NCBI GenBank assembly: GCA_041753155.1
Contig: JBGSVA010000041.1
Location: 7,583-71,582 of the forward strand
Direction: 5' to 3'
Length of the DNA: 64,000 nt
From: Thermodesulfobacteriota bacterium
GTDB taxonomy: Bacteria > Desulfobacterota_D > UBA1144 > Nemesobacterales > UBA2774
In this document: piece by piece, positions 1-10,329 of the stretch
How positions within the stretch are numbered: position 1 is the first letter of the stretch
Layout: each line of letters begins with the position of its first letter
Translations under genes and position numbers: made by a program
The notes under the pieces: model-generated
Told to the model about the DNA's origin: nothing
What the model saw: the letters and a program-made list of their open reading frames with translations, nothing else
Databases searched by the model: none

Positions 1-1
1 C

Positions 2-715
2 GAGCACCTGAGCTTCCGTGAACGATTTTTATACTCTGTGAGCGAGCTCTTTATGGCCGGCGACAGGTACATCAGGAGGATGGACCCTTCCGGGAGCATG
101 GACATGCGGCCGGACTTTACACTCTTGAGCCCTTTTTATTACGGTTTCCTCCATTATAAAACGCAGATGGAGAACAGCGTAACGTTCATCGAAAAACAGC
201 TCTGGGACCCGGAGCTGGGCATGATAATGAGGTACCTCCCGTATTACAGGGATTTCTCGACTCACGTCCACGCGGGCAACGGCCCCTGGCTCCAATACAC
301 TGCCGTGCTCGCCCAATATCACTATTGGAACGGGAACACGAAACGCGGCGACGAGATAATGGCCATAATCGACTCGTTCAGGAGCGATACGGGGGAGATC
401 CCGGAACACCTCTCGACGCTCAGGAGGTTCGAGGAATTCATGGAGAGGGAATGGAAGACCGGGATCGATTTCCGGAAGGAGTTCTATAAGGACATTCTTC
501 TCGACGACGTGGACTTTAACAAAATCCTCGAAGAAGCGAATAACATGCACCACTCATACGAAGAGTGCAGAAAGCGGCGCATGGTCAGAAAAGATAAAAA
601 GTCAGGCGGCGGATACATCCAGTTCGCCGCGCCTCTCATGTGGTCGCATGTGGAATACGCGAGAGCACTCCTCGTAAGGGCCGGGGACTGGTGGAAGGTC
701 CACGGGGAAGAATAA
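2..715 (+). CDS. Glycoside hydrolase family 15 (glucoamylase-like), C-terminal portion. The reading frame is open from the window edge, so the CDS is 5'-truncated.
   Basis: The frame has no stop from position 2. The translation carries GH15 C-terminal signatures (GNGPWLQYTAVLAQY, PLMWSHVEYARAL). Confidence 0.65.
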   Translation, partial: EHLSFRERFLYSVSELFMAGDRYIRRMDPSGSMDMRPDFTLLSPFYYGFLHYKTQMENSVTFIEKQLWDPELGMIMRYLPYYRDFSTHVHAGNGPWLQYTAVLAQYHYWNGNTKRGDEIMAIIDSFRSDTGEIPEHLSTLRRFEEFMEREWKTGIDFRKEFYKDILLDDVDFNKILEEANNMHHSYEECRKRRMVRKDKKSGGGYIQFAAPLMWSHVEYARALLVRAGDWWKVHGEE

Positions 716-809
716 TCCGGCGCCCGTTAAATCCCGGCAATATAAAAACAAACGAATCCGCGTGTCACATTAAAGCGTATACTCCTATTAGTGCCGGAGC
801 ACTCGTACA

Positions 810-1601
810 ATGATAATCCGTCAATACATGCGGCAGCCCGCTCTCAAGATTCTTTGGACTTTTGTTTTGTCGCTAGTCATATGGACGGTTTCGGAGGCCT
901 CTTCCTCCGCGTTCGATAATTCACACGGCGCTTATGGAGAGGTGCTGTCCCTCTACGTCAGGGACGGCCTCGTAGATTACAGAGGACTTAAATCCGATCC
1001 CGGCGGTCTCGAGGCGTACCTTGAATCGACAGCGAAAGTAACCAGGAAGGATTTCGAGAGCTGGCCCGAGGATGAACAACTCGCCTTTCTCATCAACATC
1101 TACAACGCCCGGACGCTCGAGCTCATAGTCGATAATTACCCTGTAAAAAGTATCAGGGATATCGGAAGCAGCGGTAAAGGGCCGTGGGATGAGCCCGTTG
1201 TCAAACTCTTCGGCGAAACTATAACTCTTAACGCTCTTGAGAACTGGATGATACGCAGGAATTACAAAGACCCCAGGATACACTTCGCCCTCGTCTGCGC
1301 GGCAGTAGGGTGCCCTCCCCTTCTCGGTGAGCCGTACCTCGGGGGCAGTCTCGACAATCAGCTCGAAGCGCGGACAAAGAAATTCCTGTCCGATCCGGGA
1401 AAAAACTCGATCGACAGGGAAAATAAAATACTACGCCTCTCTCCGATATTCGAATGGTATGCGGAAGATTTCAAGGCTGAGGCGGGCTCGGTCCCGGGGT
1501 ATTTGAAAAAATATTACGGAAATGAACCGTTCAAAGGATATATTATTGTATATACGGACTACGACTGGTCGCTTAACGATATCTCCGCTAAAGAGAAATA
1601 G
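810..1601 (+). CDS. DUF547 domain protein
   Basis: The translation has LAFLINIYNA ... HFALVCAAVGCPPL, typical of the DUF547 family. The N-terminus is hydrophobic and signal-like. Confidence 0.65.
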   Translation: MIIRQYMRQPALKILWTFVLSLVIWTVSEASSSAFDNSHGAYGEVLSLYVRDGLVDYRGLKSDPGGLEAYLESTAKVTRKDFESWPEDEQLAFLINIYNARTLELIVDNYPVKSIRDIGSSGKGPWDEPVVKLFGETITLNALENWMIRRNYKDPRIHFALVCAAVGCPPLLGEPYLGGSLDNQLEARTKKFLSDPGKNSIDRENKILRLSPIFEWYAEDFKAEAGSVPGYLKKYYGNEPFKGYIIVYTDYDWSLNDISAKEK

Positions 1602-1671
1602 ACGCTCGATGTCGGATTTTAATTGAGAGCGCGGATAAAGACACGGCATTAATCCCGCCTGAGGAGACGAG

Positions 1672-4053
1672 ATGTTCGGATTGATAAAAAAATATACGAG
1701 GTGGCTCCACACCCAGTGGCCTGCGGGAATAGTGGAGAAGCTGCCGGAGGTAAAAGAGGACTACTCGACCAACGTCCCCGGTCTCTACATAGCCGGAGAC
1801 CTCACGGGGATACCGCTCCTGAAATTCTCCTCCGATTCGGGCGCCAGGGCTGTGATGAACATACTCATGGACGAGGGGTTCCTCAAAAGCCGTGAGGCGC
1901 TCAGGGATGGCGGCATACTCGACCTCGTGATAGTCGGGGCCGGTGTCTCGGGAATGGCGGCCGCGCTCGAAGCGAAGAGAAACGGGCTCAGGTTCGAGAT
2001 ACTCGAAGCGACCGAGCCCTTTTCAACCATCGTAAATTTCCCGAGAGGGAAGCCCATATACACATACCCGACGGACATGGTCCCTGCCGGAGACCTCCAG
2101 TTCACGAAGGACGTAAAAGAGCCCCTTGTCGAGGAGATAAAGGAAGAGACGCTCGGGAGAGGCATACAGCCGAAAATCCAGAGGGTCGAGAAGGTCGTCA
2201 ACAGGGGCGGTTTCATCGAAGTAGTAATCCCCAATGCCGAGAGCCTAAAGGCGCTGCGGGTGATAGTGGGCATCGGTCGCTCCGGCAACTTCAGGATGCT
2301 CGGCGTGCCCGGTGAGGACAAGGACAAGGTCTTCAACAGGCTCCACGACCCCAAGGACTACGAGGGCAAGAACGTCCTCGTCGTGGGCGGGGGGGACAGC
2401 GCTCTCGAAACGTCGATAGCGATAGCGAAGGCGGGCGGGAACGTAACCCATTCATACAGGAACGAGGAGTTTTCCCGTCCCAAGCCCGAGAACGTGGAAT
2501 ACATAAAGATGCTGATGGCAGACCCGATGGCGGAAGTCTCCGTCGAAACTCCGACGTCAGAGCGCGTAACGACGAGCACGGGCGGATTCATGCCGGGAGA
2601 GCACAAGCCCGGGAAGCTCAGCCTCATGATGAAGAGCCGCGTGAAAAACATAGGGGATACAGACGTCACACTCACAGACCGCGAGGGTAAAGAGATCACT
2701 ATCCCCAACGACGCGGTCTTTACCATGATAGGGCGCGAGGCCCCGCTCGATTTTTTCAGGAGAAGCGGCGTGAGAATCAAGGGCGAGATGGGCGCCAAGT
2801 CCATAACCGCCATGGTCCTCTTCCTTCTGTTCATGACTTTCATTTACAACTGGAAGGCGGGGGGCCCGCTGACGAAACTCTTCGAGAAGAATAATTGGTT
2901 CCCGTTCAACCTGCCGGGGTTCTTCAATAGCTTCGGAGAATCATTCACCGGCATGGTGAACGACCCTTCGACCCTCGTCGGGACACTTTCGATAACATTG
3001 AGCGAGCCCGGATTCTATTATTCGCTTCTGTATACGACCATAATCATAATCTTCGCCATTCTCCGCATAAGGAGGAGAAAGACGCCCTACATTACCGTAC
3101 AGACGATCTCTCTCGCAACGTTCCAGCTGATACCGTTATTTCTCCTGCCGTACATACTGCTCCCCTATCTCGGACACAACGGATTCTTCGACTCGGGGTT
3201 CATGAAGTCGGTCGGCGACGCACTCTTTCCCGCGGCGAATTACGGGCACGGCCGGGAGTACTGGCGGGCGTTCGGATTCATACTGGCGTGGCCGCTCTTC
3301 GTATGGAACGTATTCAGCAGCGAGCCCCTCTGGACCTGGCTGATTATCAGCCTGATTCAGACCTTTGTGCTGATCCCGCTCATAATTTACTTCTGGGGCA
3401 AGGGGGCGTACTGCGGGTGGATATGCTCTTGCGGGGCGATGGCCGAGACACTCGGCGACACGCAGCGCCACAAGATGCCCCACGGGGCCAGGTGGAACAG
3501 GCTCAACATGGTGGGGCAGATAATACTGGCGATCGCATTCATAATACTGATAGCCCGGGTATTGAGCTGGGGGTTTCCGAGCTCCGCGTTCGGACAATGG
3601 GTCTACAAATTCTACGAAGGAGCGTTTTACGGCTGGAAGCCCTTCGGCATCGAGCTTAACTACAAGTACGTAGTCGACCTCGTACTCGCCGGCATAGTCG
3701 GGTACGGGCTCTATTTCTGGTACAGCGGCAGGGTATGGTGCAGGTTCATGTGCCCGCTCGCCGCGCTTATGCACATATACGCGAGGTTCAGCCGCTTCGG
3801 GATCTTAGCCGACAAGAAGAAATGCATATCGTGCAACGTATGCACGTCTGTATGCCACCAGGGGATAGACATAATGAACTTCGCGAACAAGGGCCTCCCG
3901 ATGAGCGACCCCGAATGCGTCCGGTGCAGCGCGTGTGTCCAGTCCTGCCCCACGGGCGTGCTCATGTTCGGGCAGATAGACAGGAAGAGCGGAAGGGTTA
4001 TAAAAATCGACTCCCTCGCCGCCTCTCCCGTTCTTATGAGAGAAGGGAAATGA
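1672..4053 (+). CDS. Fusion protein. An FAD/NAD(P)-binding pyridine nucleotide-disulfide oxidoreductase domain is followed by a polytopic membrane domain and a NapH/NosR-type 2x[4Fe-4S] ferredoxin module.
   Basis: GAGGAG RBS 5 nt upstream. Two GxGxxG dinucleotide folds (LVIVGAGVSGMAAA, VLVVGGGDSALE). Long hydrophobic stretches. CGWICSCG motif plus CISCNVCTSVC and CVRCSACVQSCP ferredoxin motifs. Confidence 0.65.
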   Translation: MFGLIKKYTRWLHTQWPAGIVEKLPEVKEDYSTNVPGLYIAGDLTGIPLLKFSSDSGARAVMNILMDEGFLKSREALRDGGILDLVIVGAGVSGMAAALEAKRNGLRFEILEATEPFSTIVNFPRGKPIYTYPTDMVPAGDLQFTKDVKEPLVEEIKEETLGRGIQPKIQRVEKVVNRGGFIEVVIPNAESLKALRVIVGIGRSGNFRMLGVPGEDKDKVFNRLHDPKDYEGKNVLVVGGGDSALETSIAIAKAGGNVTHSYRNEEFSRPKPENVEYIKMLMADPMAEVSVETPTSERVTTSTGGFMPGEHKPGKLSLMMKSRVKNIGDTDVTLTDREGKEITIPNDAVFTMIGREAPLDFFRRSGVRIKGEMGAKSITAMVLFLLFMTFIYNWKAGGPLTKLFEKNNWFPFNLPGFFNSFGESFTGMVNDPSTLVGTLSITLSEPGFYYSLLYTTIIIIFAILRIRRRKTPYITVQTISLATFQLIPLFLLPYILLPYLGHNGFFDSGFMKSVGDALFPAANYGHGREYWRAFGFILAWPLFVWNVFSSEPLWTWLIISLIQTFVLIPLIIYFWGKGAYCGWICSCGAMAETLGDTQRHKMPHGARWNRLNMVGQIILAIAFIILIARVLSWGFPSSAFGQWVYKFYEGAFYGWKPFGIELNYKYVVDLVLAGIVGYGLYFWYSGRVWCRFMCPLAALMHIYARFSRFGILADKKKCISCNVCTSVCHQGIDIMNFANKGLPMSDPECVRCSACVQSCPTGVLMFGQIDRKSGRVIKIDSLAASPVLMREGK

Positions 4054-4221
4054 GTCAAGGATTCACGGCCCGCTCCCGGCTCCGAGATCCAGCAGATCCC
4101 CACGAAAACCCCCGGTAAAAAATCTGGAGCACGTCTCATGAACGTGCGGGAGAATAACTTGCGACTTTCACACGCCGCGAGTGTACGGGTACTATGTTCA
4201 TATCCCGGCGCAGGTAAGCCC

Positions 4222-4923
4222 ATGACTCCCAGAATCCTCGTTATAATCCCCGCACTTAATGAAGAGATGTCAATCGGAAAAGTGATCGCCGATATCCCGC
4301 GTGATCTCGTGAGCGAGGTAGTCGTAACGGATAACGGCTCGACCGACAGGACGGCCGGGGCTGCAGCGGGCGCGGGTGCGACCGTGCTAACGGAAAAGAG
4401 GCGCGGATACGGCTACGCGTGCACGAAGGGCATAGAATACGCGCTCTCAAAACCCGCGGGCGAAAGGCCCGACATCGTCGTATTCCTCGACGGCGATTAC
4501 TCCGACTACCCCGGGGAGATGCGCTCACTCGTAAGACCGATTATCGAGGACGGCTTCGACATGATCATCGGCTCAAGAACATCGGGCGAGCGAGAGAGAG
4601 GGGCGCTTCTCCCTCAGGCCCTGTTCGGCAACGCGCTCGCGACGACGCTAATAAAATGGCTCTACGGGGTCAGCTTCACGGACCTCGGCCCTTTCCGCGC
4701 GGTGAGGTTCGATAAGCTCCTGGGACTCGGGATGTCGGACATGACATACGGCTGGACCGTGGAGATGCAGATAAAGGCGGCTAAACAAGGTCTCAGGTGC
4801 GGGGAGGCACCCGTAAGCTACAGGAAGCGTATAGGTGTCTCGAAGGTAACGGGGACCCTCGGGGGCACGGTCAAGGCCGGCTATAAAATACTTTGGACGA
4901 TATTTAAAAACATGAGGGACTGA
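4222..4923 (+). CDS. Glycosyltransferase family 2 (DPM1-like polyprenol-phosphate glycosyltransferase). The ORF could start at 4138, but the ATG at 4222 gives the typical short N-terminus.
   Basis: ILVIIPALNEE...VVVTDNGSTDRT...FLDGDYSD motifs are seen in the translation. Confidence 0.7.
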   Translation: MTPRILVIIPALNEEMSIGKVIADIPRDLVSEVVVTDNGSTDRTAGAAAGAGATVLTEKRRGYGYACTKGIEYALSKPAGERPDIVVFLDGDYSDYPGEMRSLVRPIIEDGFDMIIGSRTSGERERGALLPQALFGNALATTLIKWLYGVSFTDLGPFRAVRFDKLLGLGMSDMTYGWTVEMQIKAAKQGLRCGEAPVSYRKRIGVSKVTGTLGGTVKAGYKILWTIFKNMRD

Positions 4924-4978
4924 AACGGGCGGGCGAAAGTTTCCTTTCGGAAGTGACAATAGCGGATGCAGGTTTCAA

Positions 4979-6088
4979 TCAATAAACAAAATCGACGAGG
5001 CTTCCTATGCGGAGCCACAATTTGGCGAGCGGGTTTAGTATTATATTCTCACCCGTGAACACAGCGACGCTCACGGACGCCCCTATCCTGAGCTTGTACT
5101 TATCGTGGTCGATGTTCGAGATCTTGAGCCGCACGGGGAAACGCTGAGCGAGCTGCACCCAGTTCTCCGAGTCCTGAACGACGGGAAGGAACCCCGAGGG
5201 GACCCCCTGCCCCGTGCTCACGCCCCAGTCGGTGCTTTCGACGACGGCTTTGAATATCGTCCCAGGGTATAGCGCCAGGCTTACTTCGGCTTCCTGACCC
5301 GCCTTGATCTGTCCCACGCTGTTCTCCCTGAAGTTCGCGACCACCCACCAGCTGTCGTCGTCCACGAACGTTAGCACGGGCTCTCCCGTTTTTATATAGG
5401 ACCCGACCGTAAGCTGCAGGTTGGTGATATATCCGTCGGTCGGGGCATAGAAGGTTGTCTGCGTGAGGTTATATTCGGCGGTAGCGAGCGCGGCCTCTAC
5501 TTCCTTTATAATCGCGTAATCGCCGTCGATCTTATATTCGAGGGCCTGCGTCGCCTTATCATAATCTGCCCTCGACTGATTCAATTGCGCCAGGGTCGAG
5601 TTCAGCTGTTCCGTGGCCTGGTCGAATTCGAGCCTGGCTATGTAATTTTTCTCGACGAGCGGCTCGAGGTCCCGATAACGCTGCGCCGCATAGGCGTGGT
5701 CCGCCTGGGATTTCTTCACGGCCTGCCCGGCGGCCGCTATATCGCTCTTGAGCTCGTCGATGTTCTGCCTCGTCTGGACGAGCTTCGCTCTCAACTGCTG
5801 CACCTGGTATTCGTAGGGCCTCTGGTCGAGGCTGAACAGCTTCCGGCCTTTGTCGACGTACTCGTTGTTTCTTACATAAACTTCATCTACCTGCCCGTCC
5901 ACCTGAGGCGCCACCTGGAGCACGTAGGCCTGAACGTAAGCGTCGCTCGTATAGGGCGTGTACCTGTCGAGCAGGATATAGTAGACGATCAGCAGCACGA
6001 TCAGGGAGATTATGAAAATCACCCAGAACTTCGCCGTATAGGTCAATTTGCCCGGCTTGAATCTGGAGGCGATGTCTTTAAGGTTCAT
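4979..6088 (-). CDS. HlyD-family membrane fusion protein (EmrA/AaeA-like efflux adaptor)
   Basis: N-terminal TM anchor, a long coiled-coil region and a beta-barrel C-terminus are seen. YVQAYVLQVAPQVDGQVDEVYV matches the MFP biotinyl-lipoyl-like fold. Confidence 0.8.
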   Translation of the reverse strand: MNLKDIASRFKPGKLTYTAKFWVIFIISLIVLLIVYYILLDRYTPYTSDAYVQAYVLQVAPQVDGQVDEVYVRNNEYVDKGRKLFSLDQRPYEYQVQQLRAKLVQTRQNIDELKSDIAAAGQAVKKSQADHAYAAQRYRDLEPLVEKNYIARLEFDQATEQLNSTLAQLNQSRADYDKATQALEYKIDGDYAIIKEVEAALATAEYNLTQTTFYAPTDGYITNLQLTVGSYIKTGEPVLTFVDDDSWWVVANFRENSVGQIKAGQEAEVSLALYPGTIFKAVVESTDWGVSTGQGVPSGFLPVVQDSENWVQLAQRFPVRLKISNIDHDKYKLRIGASVSVAVFTGENIILNPLAKLWLRIGSLVDFVY

Positions 6089-6153
6089 TGAATAATGGCA
6101 CCGGATACCGCGCTATAACCTGCATCGAAAAAATGGCCGATCTGTTATCAACC

Positions 6154-6558
6154 TCACCAGCCCCAGGGCCCTCCCGCCCATCCCCATAAGCCGGGCCCGA
6201 ATTCGGCCTGCTCGGCCATCATCGCGGCCTCTTCCTCTTCGTTGACGACGTTGGATTCGTACACCATCTGCTGGTATCTGTCATAAGCCGCCTGATCCCC
6301 GGTCCATATACATTGACAGTTATTCGGGTCGGTATACCAATAGAGGGGCTTGTTGTCCCTTACGCTGAACTGGATCTTGTAAGGTGTAACTGAGCTCAGC
6401 ATCTTCAGCTCCTCCGGCGTGTCAGCCGAGACGATCTGGAACCCCGCGGCGGCAAGCAATTCCTCGGTACTCTTCGCCTGCTCGCCCTGTATCGCCGCGC
6501 ATCCGCTCAAAATAAAAATCGCCGCCAATAAGGATAAAACCATTCTGACCTGTATCAT
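6154..6558 (-). CDS. Small lipoprotein, hypothetical. The likely start is MIQVRMVLSLLAAIFILSGC, which carries a lipobox.
   Basis: Signal peptide plus LSGC lipobox. The C-terminus is Trp/Gly-rich. Confidence 0.4.
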   Translation of the reverse strand: MIQVRMVLSLLAAIFILSGCAAIQGEQAKSTEELLAAAGFQIVSADTPEELKMLSSVTPYKIQFSVRDNKPLYWYTDPNNCQCIWTGDQAAYDRYQQMVYESNVVNEEEEAAMMAEQAEFGPGLWGWAGGPWGW

Positions 6559-6671
6559 AAAATCGTTCCTCCTTTCCAATCTCGCCGATCGGGCGGGGCC
6601 GGGCGCCCCGCCGCCAGACAGCGGACGATGTAAAACTAACACCTAAATCCATATAATTAAATAGCCGGCTG

Positions 6672-7937
6672 TTATTTGGAATTCGTCCTGGACCTGTTCC
6701 ACCGGAGGGCGTTCTCGAGCGTGAGACCCTGCACGGTGATGGAAAATACCACGACGACATACGTCATGAGCACTATCAGGTCCCTGTGCGGGGAATCGGT
6801 CAATGCCAGAGCGAGCGCGATCGAGACCCCACCCCTGATCCCGCTCCAGGTCATGATAAAACCGGAGAGGGAAGGGATATTCCTGAATAGTTTCAGGAAT
6901 ACGAGCGGAAGCTCGACGCTTACGTACCGCGCCCCGGTGATAAGGGGTATGGATATCAGTCCGCAGATTATATAAGGCTCCTCGAGGTCGAGCACCAGGA
7001 CCTCCAGACCGATTAGAACAAAGAGAATTGCGTTAAGCACGTCGTCGATCACTTCCCAGAGGCTCGACACATACGACCTTATGTGATCGGCGGAGCTCGG
7101 TATGAACCTTCTCCTCCTGGCCAGGAATAGACCCGCCACGACGCACGTAAGGGGAGCCGAGACTTCGAGCGTCTCGGCCAGGAGATATCCGCCCGATACA
7201 AGCGACAGTGTTAACAGCGCCACGACGATCCTGCCGTCCGCGCCCCGCTTGATTATCTCGAATATCATCCGGTGGGTGATATAACCGAGTGCGATTCCCA
7301 GGAAAAGCCCGCCCAAAGCTTCTTTCAAGAAGAACTCGCCAATATGGATAAATGACACCTGCGTTTCCCCCGATGCTATCTCTGCGAAGAGAACGAAGAG
7401 CACGACAGCGACAGCGTCGTTGAAAAGGGACTCTCCCGATATTATCGATTCAAGAGTCTTGCCGGGCTGAATGCGCCTGAAAAGCTTGAGGACGATAACC
7501 GCGTCTATGGGGGATATGATCGCGCCGAAAATGAGTGCATATATCAAAGGCAGATCCACCCCTATCGCGCCGAACACCCACCAGACTACCGCGCCCGTCA
7601 GGAAAGTGGCGATGATCATACCCAGCGTCGCCAGGTACGAGATCGTCCACTTGTATTCCCCGAGATCATCGATATTCACGCTTGAAGCCCCGGCGAATAG
7701 CAGGAAGCTCAGCATACCGTTCATGAAGAGGTGGTCGAAATCGGCCGCCTGCACAAGCTCGACCGCCCAATCCACGCTGCCGAACCCCAGATACCCGAAG
7801 GCGATTATCAGGACGGAGGACGCGAGGGACGCGAGCATTACCCCGATAGTCGTCGGGAGCTTGACGAATGCCTCGTTGACGAAACTGAAGAGAGCCGTGA
7901 GGGTTATTAGTATTGTGAATACCGCGAATAAGTTCAT
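6672..7937 (-). CDS. Na+/H+ antiporter, CPA1 (NhaP-type) family
   Basis: About 12 predicted TM helices. The layout follows a sodium/hydrogen exchanger (ATLGMIIATFLTGA ... FAEIASGE). Confidence 0.75.
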   Translation of the reverse strand: MNLFAVFTILITLTALFSFVNEAFVKLPTTIGVMLASLASSVLIIAFGYLGFGSVDWAVELVQAADFDHLFMNGMLSFLLFAGASSVNIDDLGEYKWTISYLATLGMIIATFLTGAVVWWVFGAIGVDLPLIYALIFGAIISPIDAVIVLKLFRRIQPGKTLESIISGESLFNDAVAVVLFVLFAEIASGETQVSFIHIGEFFLKEALGGLFLGIALGYITHRMIFEIIKRGADGRIVVALLTLSLVSGGYLLAETLEVSAPLTCVVAGLFLARRRRFIPSSADHIRSYVSSLWEVIDDVLNAILFVLIGLEVLVLDLEEPYIICGLISIPLITGARYVSVELPLVFLKLFRNIPSLSGFIMTWSGIRGGVSIALALALTDSPHRDLIVLMTYVVVVFSITVQGLTLENALRWNRSRTNSK

Positions 7938-8050
7938 AGAGCTCTTGTTCCGGAGACAGAACGCATGACCGGAATTCGAATCCCGATTCTAATCCGGCAT
8001 TATACAAAGTGCGGCGGTAGTTGTCCAGAAGATAACCGGCCGCAGTACCT

Positions 8051-10282
8051 CTAGGCTTTAGAAGCCGCGAGCCCGGTCCCCGGAGCCTCCTCCGCTATGT
8101 TTATCCCGCTGATCGAGACCGTTATCTTATGCAGGGAGGCAAGCACCGTATCGACGCTCGCAGCAACGAGCACGTCTTTTTCCAGGTCCTCGAGCGGGAA
8201 CTGTTTCCAGAACCCGGTCTCACGAAACTCCTGTCTGTGCTCTTGTATCTGCAGGGTTAACTGCAGCGCCGCAGGCGCCGGATCGTCTTTGGTGTAGAAT
8301 TGCCGCGAAACCCTGTCGAACAATCCGCAGAGCGCACTGTAATCGGGACCCATGTGTTCGAGGTATTTTATCAATAGCGGATTGTTTGCTTCCGAGTACA
8401 TGGTTTTTTTCAGTGTCTCGAGCTCCGCGTAGATAACTTCGAGCGACTCGATTATGTCTACGAAGTCCTCGGCGTGGAGCTTCTCGTCGCTGATGATATA
8501 CTGGGCGTCGAAAAGCAGCGAGCTGCTCGTGGGCATGGCCGCGGCGAGCGGGTTCACGAGGGATTCTATCCTGCCCTTCTCGCTCTCGTCTAACATCAGG
8601 AGCTTGCCGAATATAGTCCCGCTGATCGCTATCGCGGACGATATCTTCTTTTTGAGCTCGCGATAAGGACTGACGGGCCAGATATTGTGCAGCACGAGAA
8701 GGCCGATAGCTGACGCCATGAGCAGGGCGAACATCCTCATCATTGCGAGCGTGAGGCTTATCTCGGGCCCCGGGCTCGAGAGAAAAACGTAGGGGAGCAT
8801 TAAACCCGCCTGGAGACCTGAGTAAGCTATTCTCTGGCTGCCGCTGGCGACATAGGCGGAGACAAAAGTCCCCAACGCGAAAATAAGTATGAGCAATAAG
8901 AAATGAGGTATGAGCGAGATTGCAAATAGACCTGTTATGCCGTAGAGGAGACCTGCGCCCACACCTACGATAGCGAGCTTACCCCGGAGGTGGGCCTGGC
9001 CGGTATTCGGTATAGAGCCGAAGAGCACGCCGTAAAAAGAGGCCTGATAACCGCCCGGCAGTTTCAGTAGAAGCTCGCCGAAGAGAAGAAGCATGATCAC
9101 TATCACTGATTTTACGGACTGGCGGGCCGATTCCCTGGTGATTTGAGGCAGCCATCCGGATTTTATGCTCTCCACAGTGGGAGACCTGGTAACCCTGTCA
9201 CTCACGAGCTTATCATATTCGCCGCTGTTGACCAGATTCCACGTCCTGCCTGCTTTACCGAGAATTTCGAGCGTGTCTTCGAACAAGGGAAGTATGGCTC
9301 CGAAAGCGAGCAGGTCCTCGAAATAGTCCTGGTCTTTCCCTTCCGCCGAATGCATGGCTTCATAGAGATTCTTCAGCTCCCCGATTTTTGTTCCGAGATT
9401 GTCCTGATACGACCCGGCAGAACGGACTTCGACAATAGCTGAAGCCAGGTCTGTAAAACCCTCAGACAATAAAGCGAACAGACCGTTTAACTCGTCCGAA
9501 ACATTTTTATCCTCCAGGCATTTGTGCCCGGCTCTCATAAACCCGTCCAGAACGTCGAGCTTGATATAAATGCTCTTGGCATAGGCGACGAGCATAAGCA
9601 CAGGCTCCGCGTGGAAGCTGCCGCCCCTCGCCTCGCGCTCGGTACGCCTGACGAGATTGACCAGGTTATTGAAAACATCCATGGACGCAGATTCGAATTT
9701 CCCGTCCTTCGCTTCTTGCGTTTCAGTGCGGATATAGGACTCGAACTTCGCGGCATAATCTTTATATACTGTGGACAGTGTAAGACAGAGGGCTCCGCCG
9801 CTCCTGTGTGGCCATATTATCTCGTCGACGAGCCACGAGACAGCCGCGGCGACGAATAGCTGAACCATGTAATTTTCTACGGAGGCCGTTGTCTGGGCCA
9901 CCGTGCCGAAAACCGCGACGAACATGCTCATGGCTGTCAGGATAGCGCTCAGCACCGAGGCGATGGGGTATTTACCGATGAAAGTTATACAGCCGAATAT
10001 CCATACCGCCGCAAGTATGAGGTAAACCGGAATCGAATCGAGAAAATAGTAGATTATGAATAACGAATAGATGCCGCTCACGAGGCACCCTATCAGCGAC
10101 TGGACGCCGACCTCGAACGTCTTACCGTGATAGCCTGCCATAATCATGTAAAGTATCACGGGGGCTAGAAATCCCGACGGGAGATGGAAGAAATTGCAGA
10201 TAAGGGCCGCGATTACGCCGCCGAGCGTAATCTTGAGCGCGATCTTGACGCGGAACACGGAGAGATAATGTTTAAGGTCCAT
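8051..10282 (-). CDS. FUSC-family (fusaric acid resistance / AaeB-like) efflux membrane protein, paralogue 1
   Basis: Two hydrophobic 6-TM blocks are separated by a long cytoplasmic domain. The architecture and length match the FUSC family. Confidence 0.7.
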   Translation of the reverse strand: MDLKHYLSVFRVKIALKITLGGVIAALICNFFHLPSGFLAPVILYMIMAGYHGKTFEVGVQSLIGCLVSGIYSLFIIYYFLDSIPVYLILAAVWIFGCITFIGKYPIASVLSAILTAMSMFVAVFGTVAQTTASVENYMVQLFVAAAVSWLVDEIIWPHRSGGALCLTLSTVYKDYAAKFESYIRTETQEAKDGKFESASMDVFNNLVNLVRRTEREARGGSFHAEPVLMLVAYAKSIYIKLDVLDGFMRAGHKCLEDKNVSDELNGLFALLSEGFTDLASAIVEVRSAGSYQDNLGTKIGELKNLYEAMHSAEGKDQDYFEDLLAFGAILPLFEDTLEILGKAGRTWNLVNSGEYDKLVSDRVTRSPTVESIKSGWLPQITRESARQSVKSVIVIMLLLFGELLLKLPGGYQASFYGVLFGSIPNTGQAHLRGKLAIVGVGAGLLYGITGLFAISLIPHFLLLILIFALGTFVSAYVASGSQRIAYSGLQAGLMLPYVFLSSPGPEISLTLAMMRMFALLMASAIGLLVLHNIWPVSPYRELKKKISSAIAISGTIFGKLLMLDESEKGRIESLVNPLAAAMPTSSSLLFDAQYIISDEKLHAEDFVDIIESLEVIYAELETLKKTMYSEANNPLLIKYLEHMGPDYSALCGLFDRVSRQFYTKDDPAPAALQLTLQIQEHRQEFRETGFWKQFPLEDLEKDVLVAASVDTVLASLHKITVSISGINIAEEAPGTGLAASKA

Positions 10283-10329
10283 TGATTATCTACGGGGCGG
10301 CAGAACGGTCATTCATTTCCAGATCCGTT

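Noticed and set aside
3136-3774. A 212-aa antisense ORF inside the flavoprotein-ferredoxin fusion gene. Similar long antisense ORFs occur at 12781-13437, 23839-24579, 28504-29439, 46003-46578, 46840-47589 and 16596-17063.
   Set aside because: These are GC-rich antisense frames with no start context and Arg/Pro/Gly-rich translations. Each fully overlaps a well-supported gene on the other strand.
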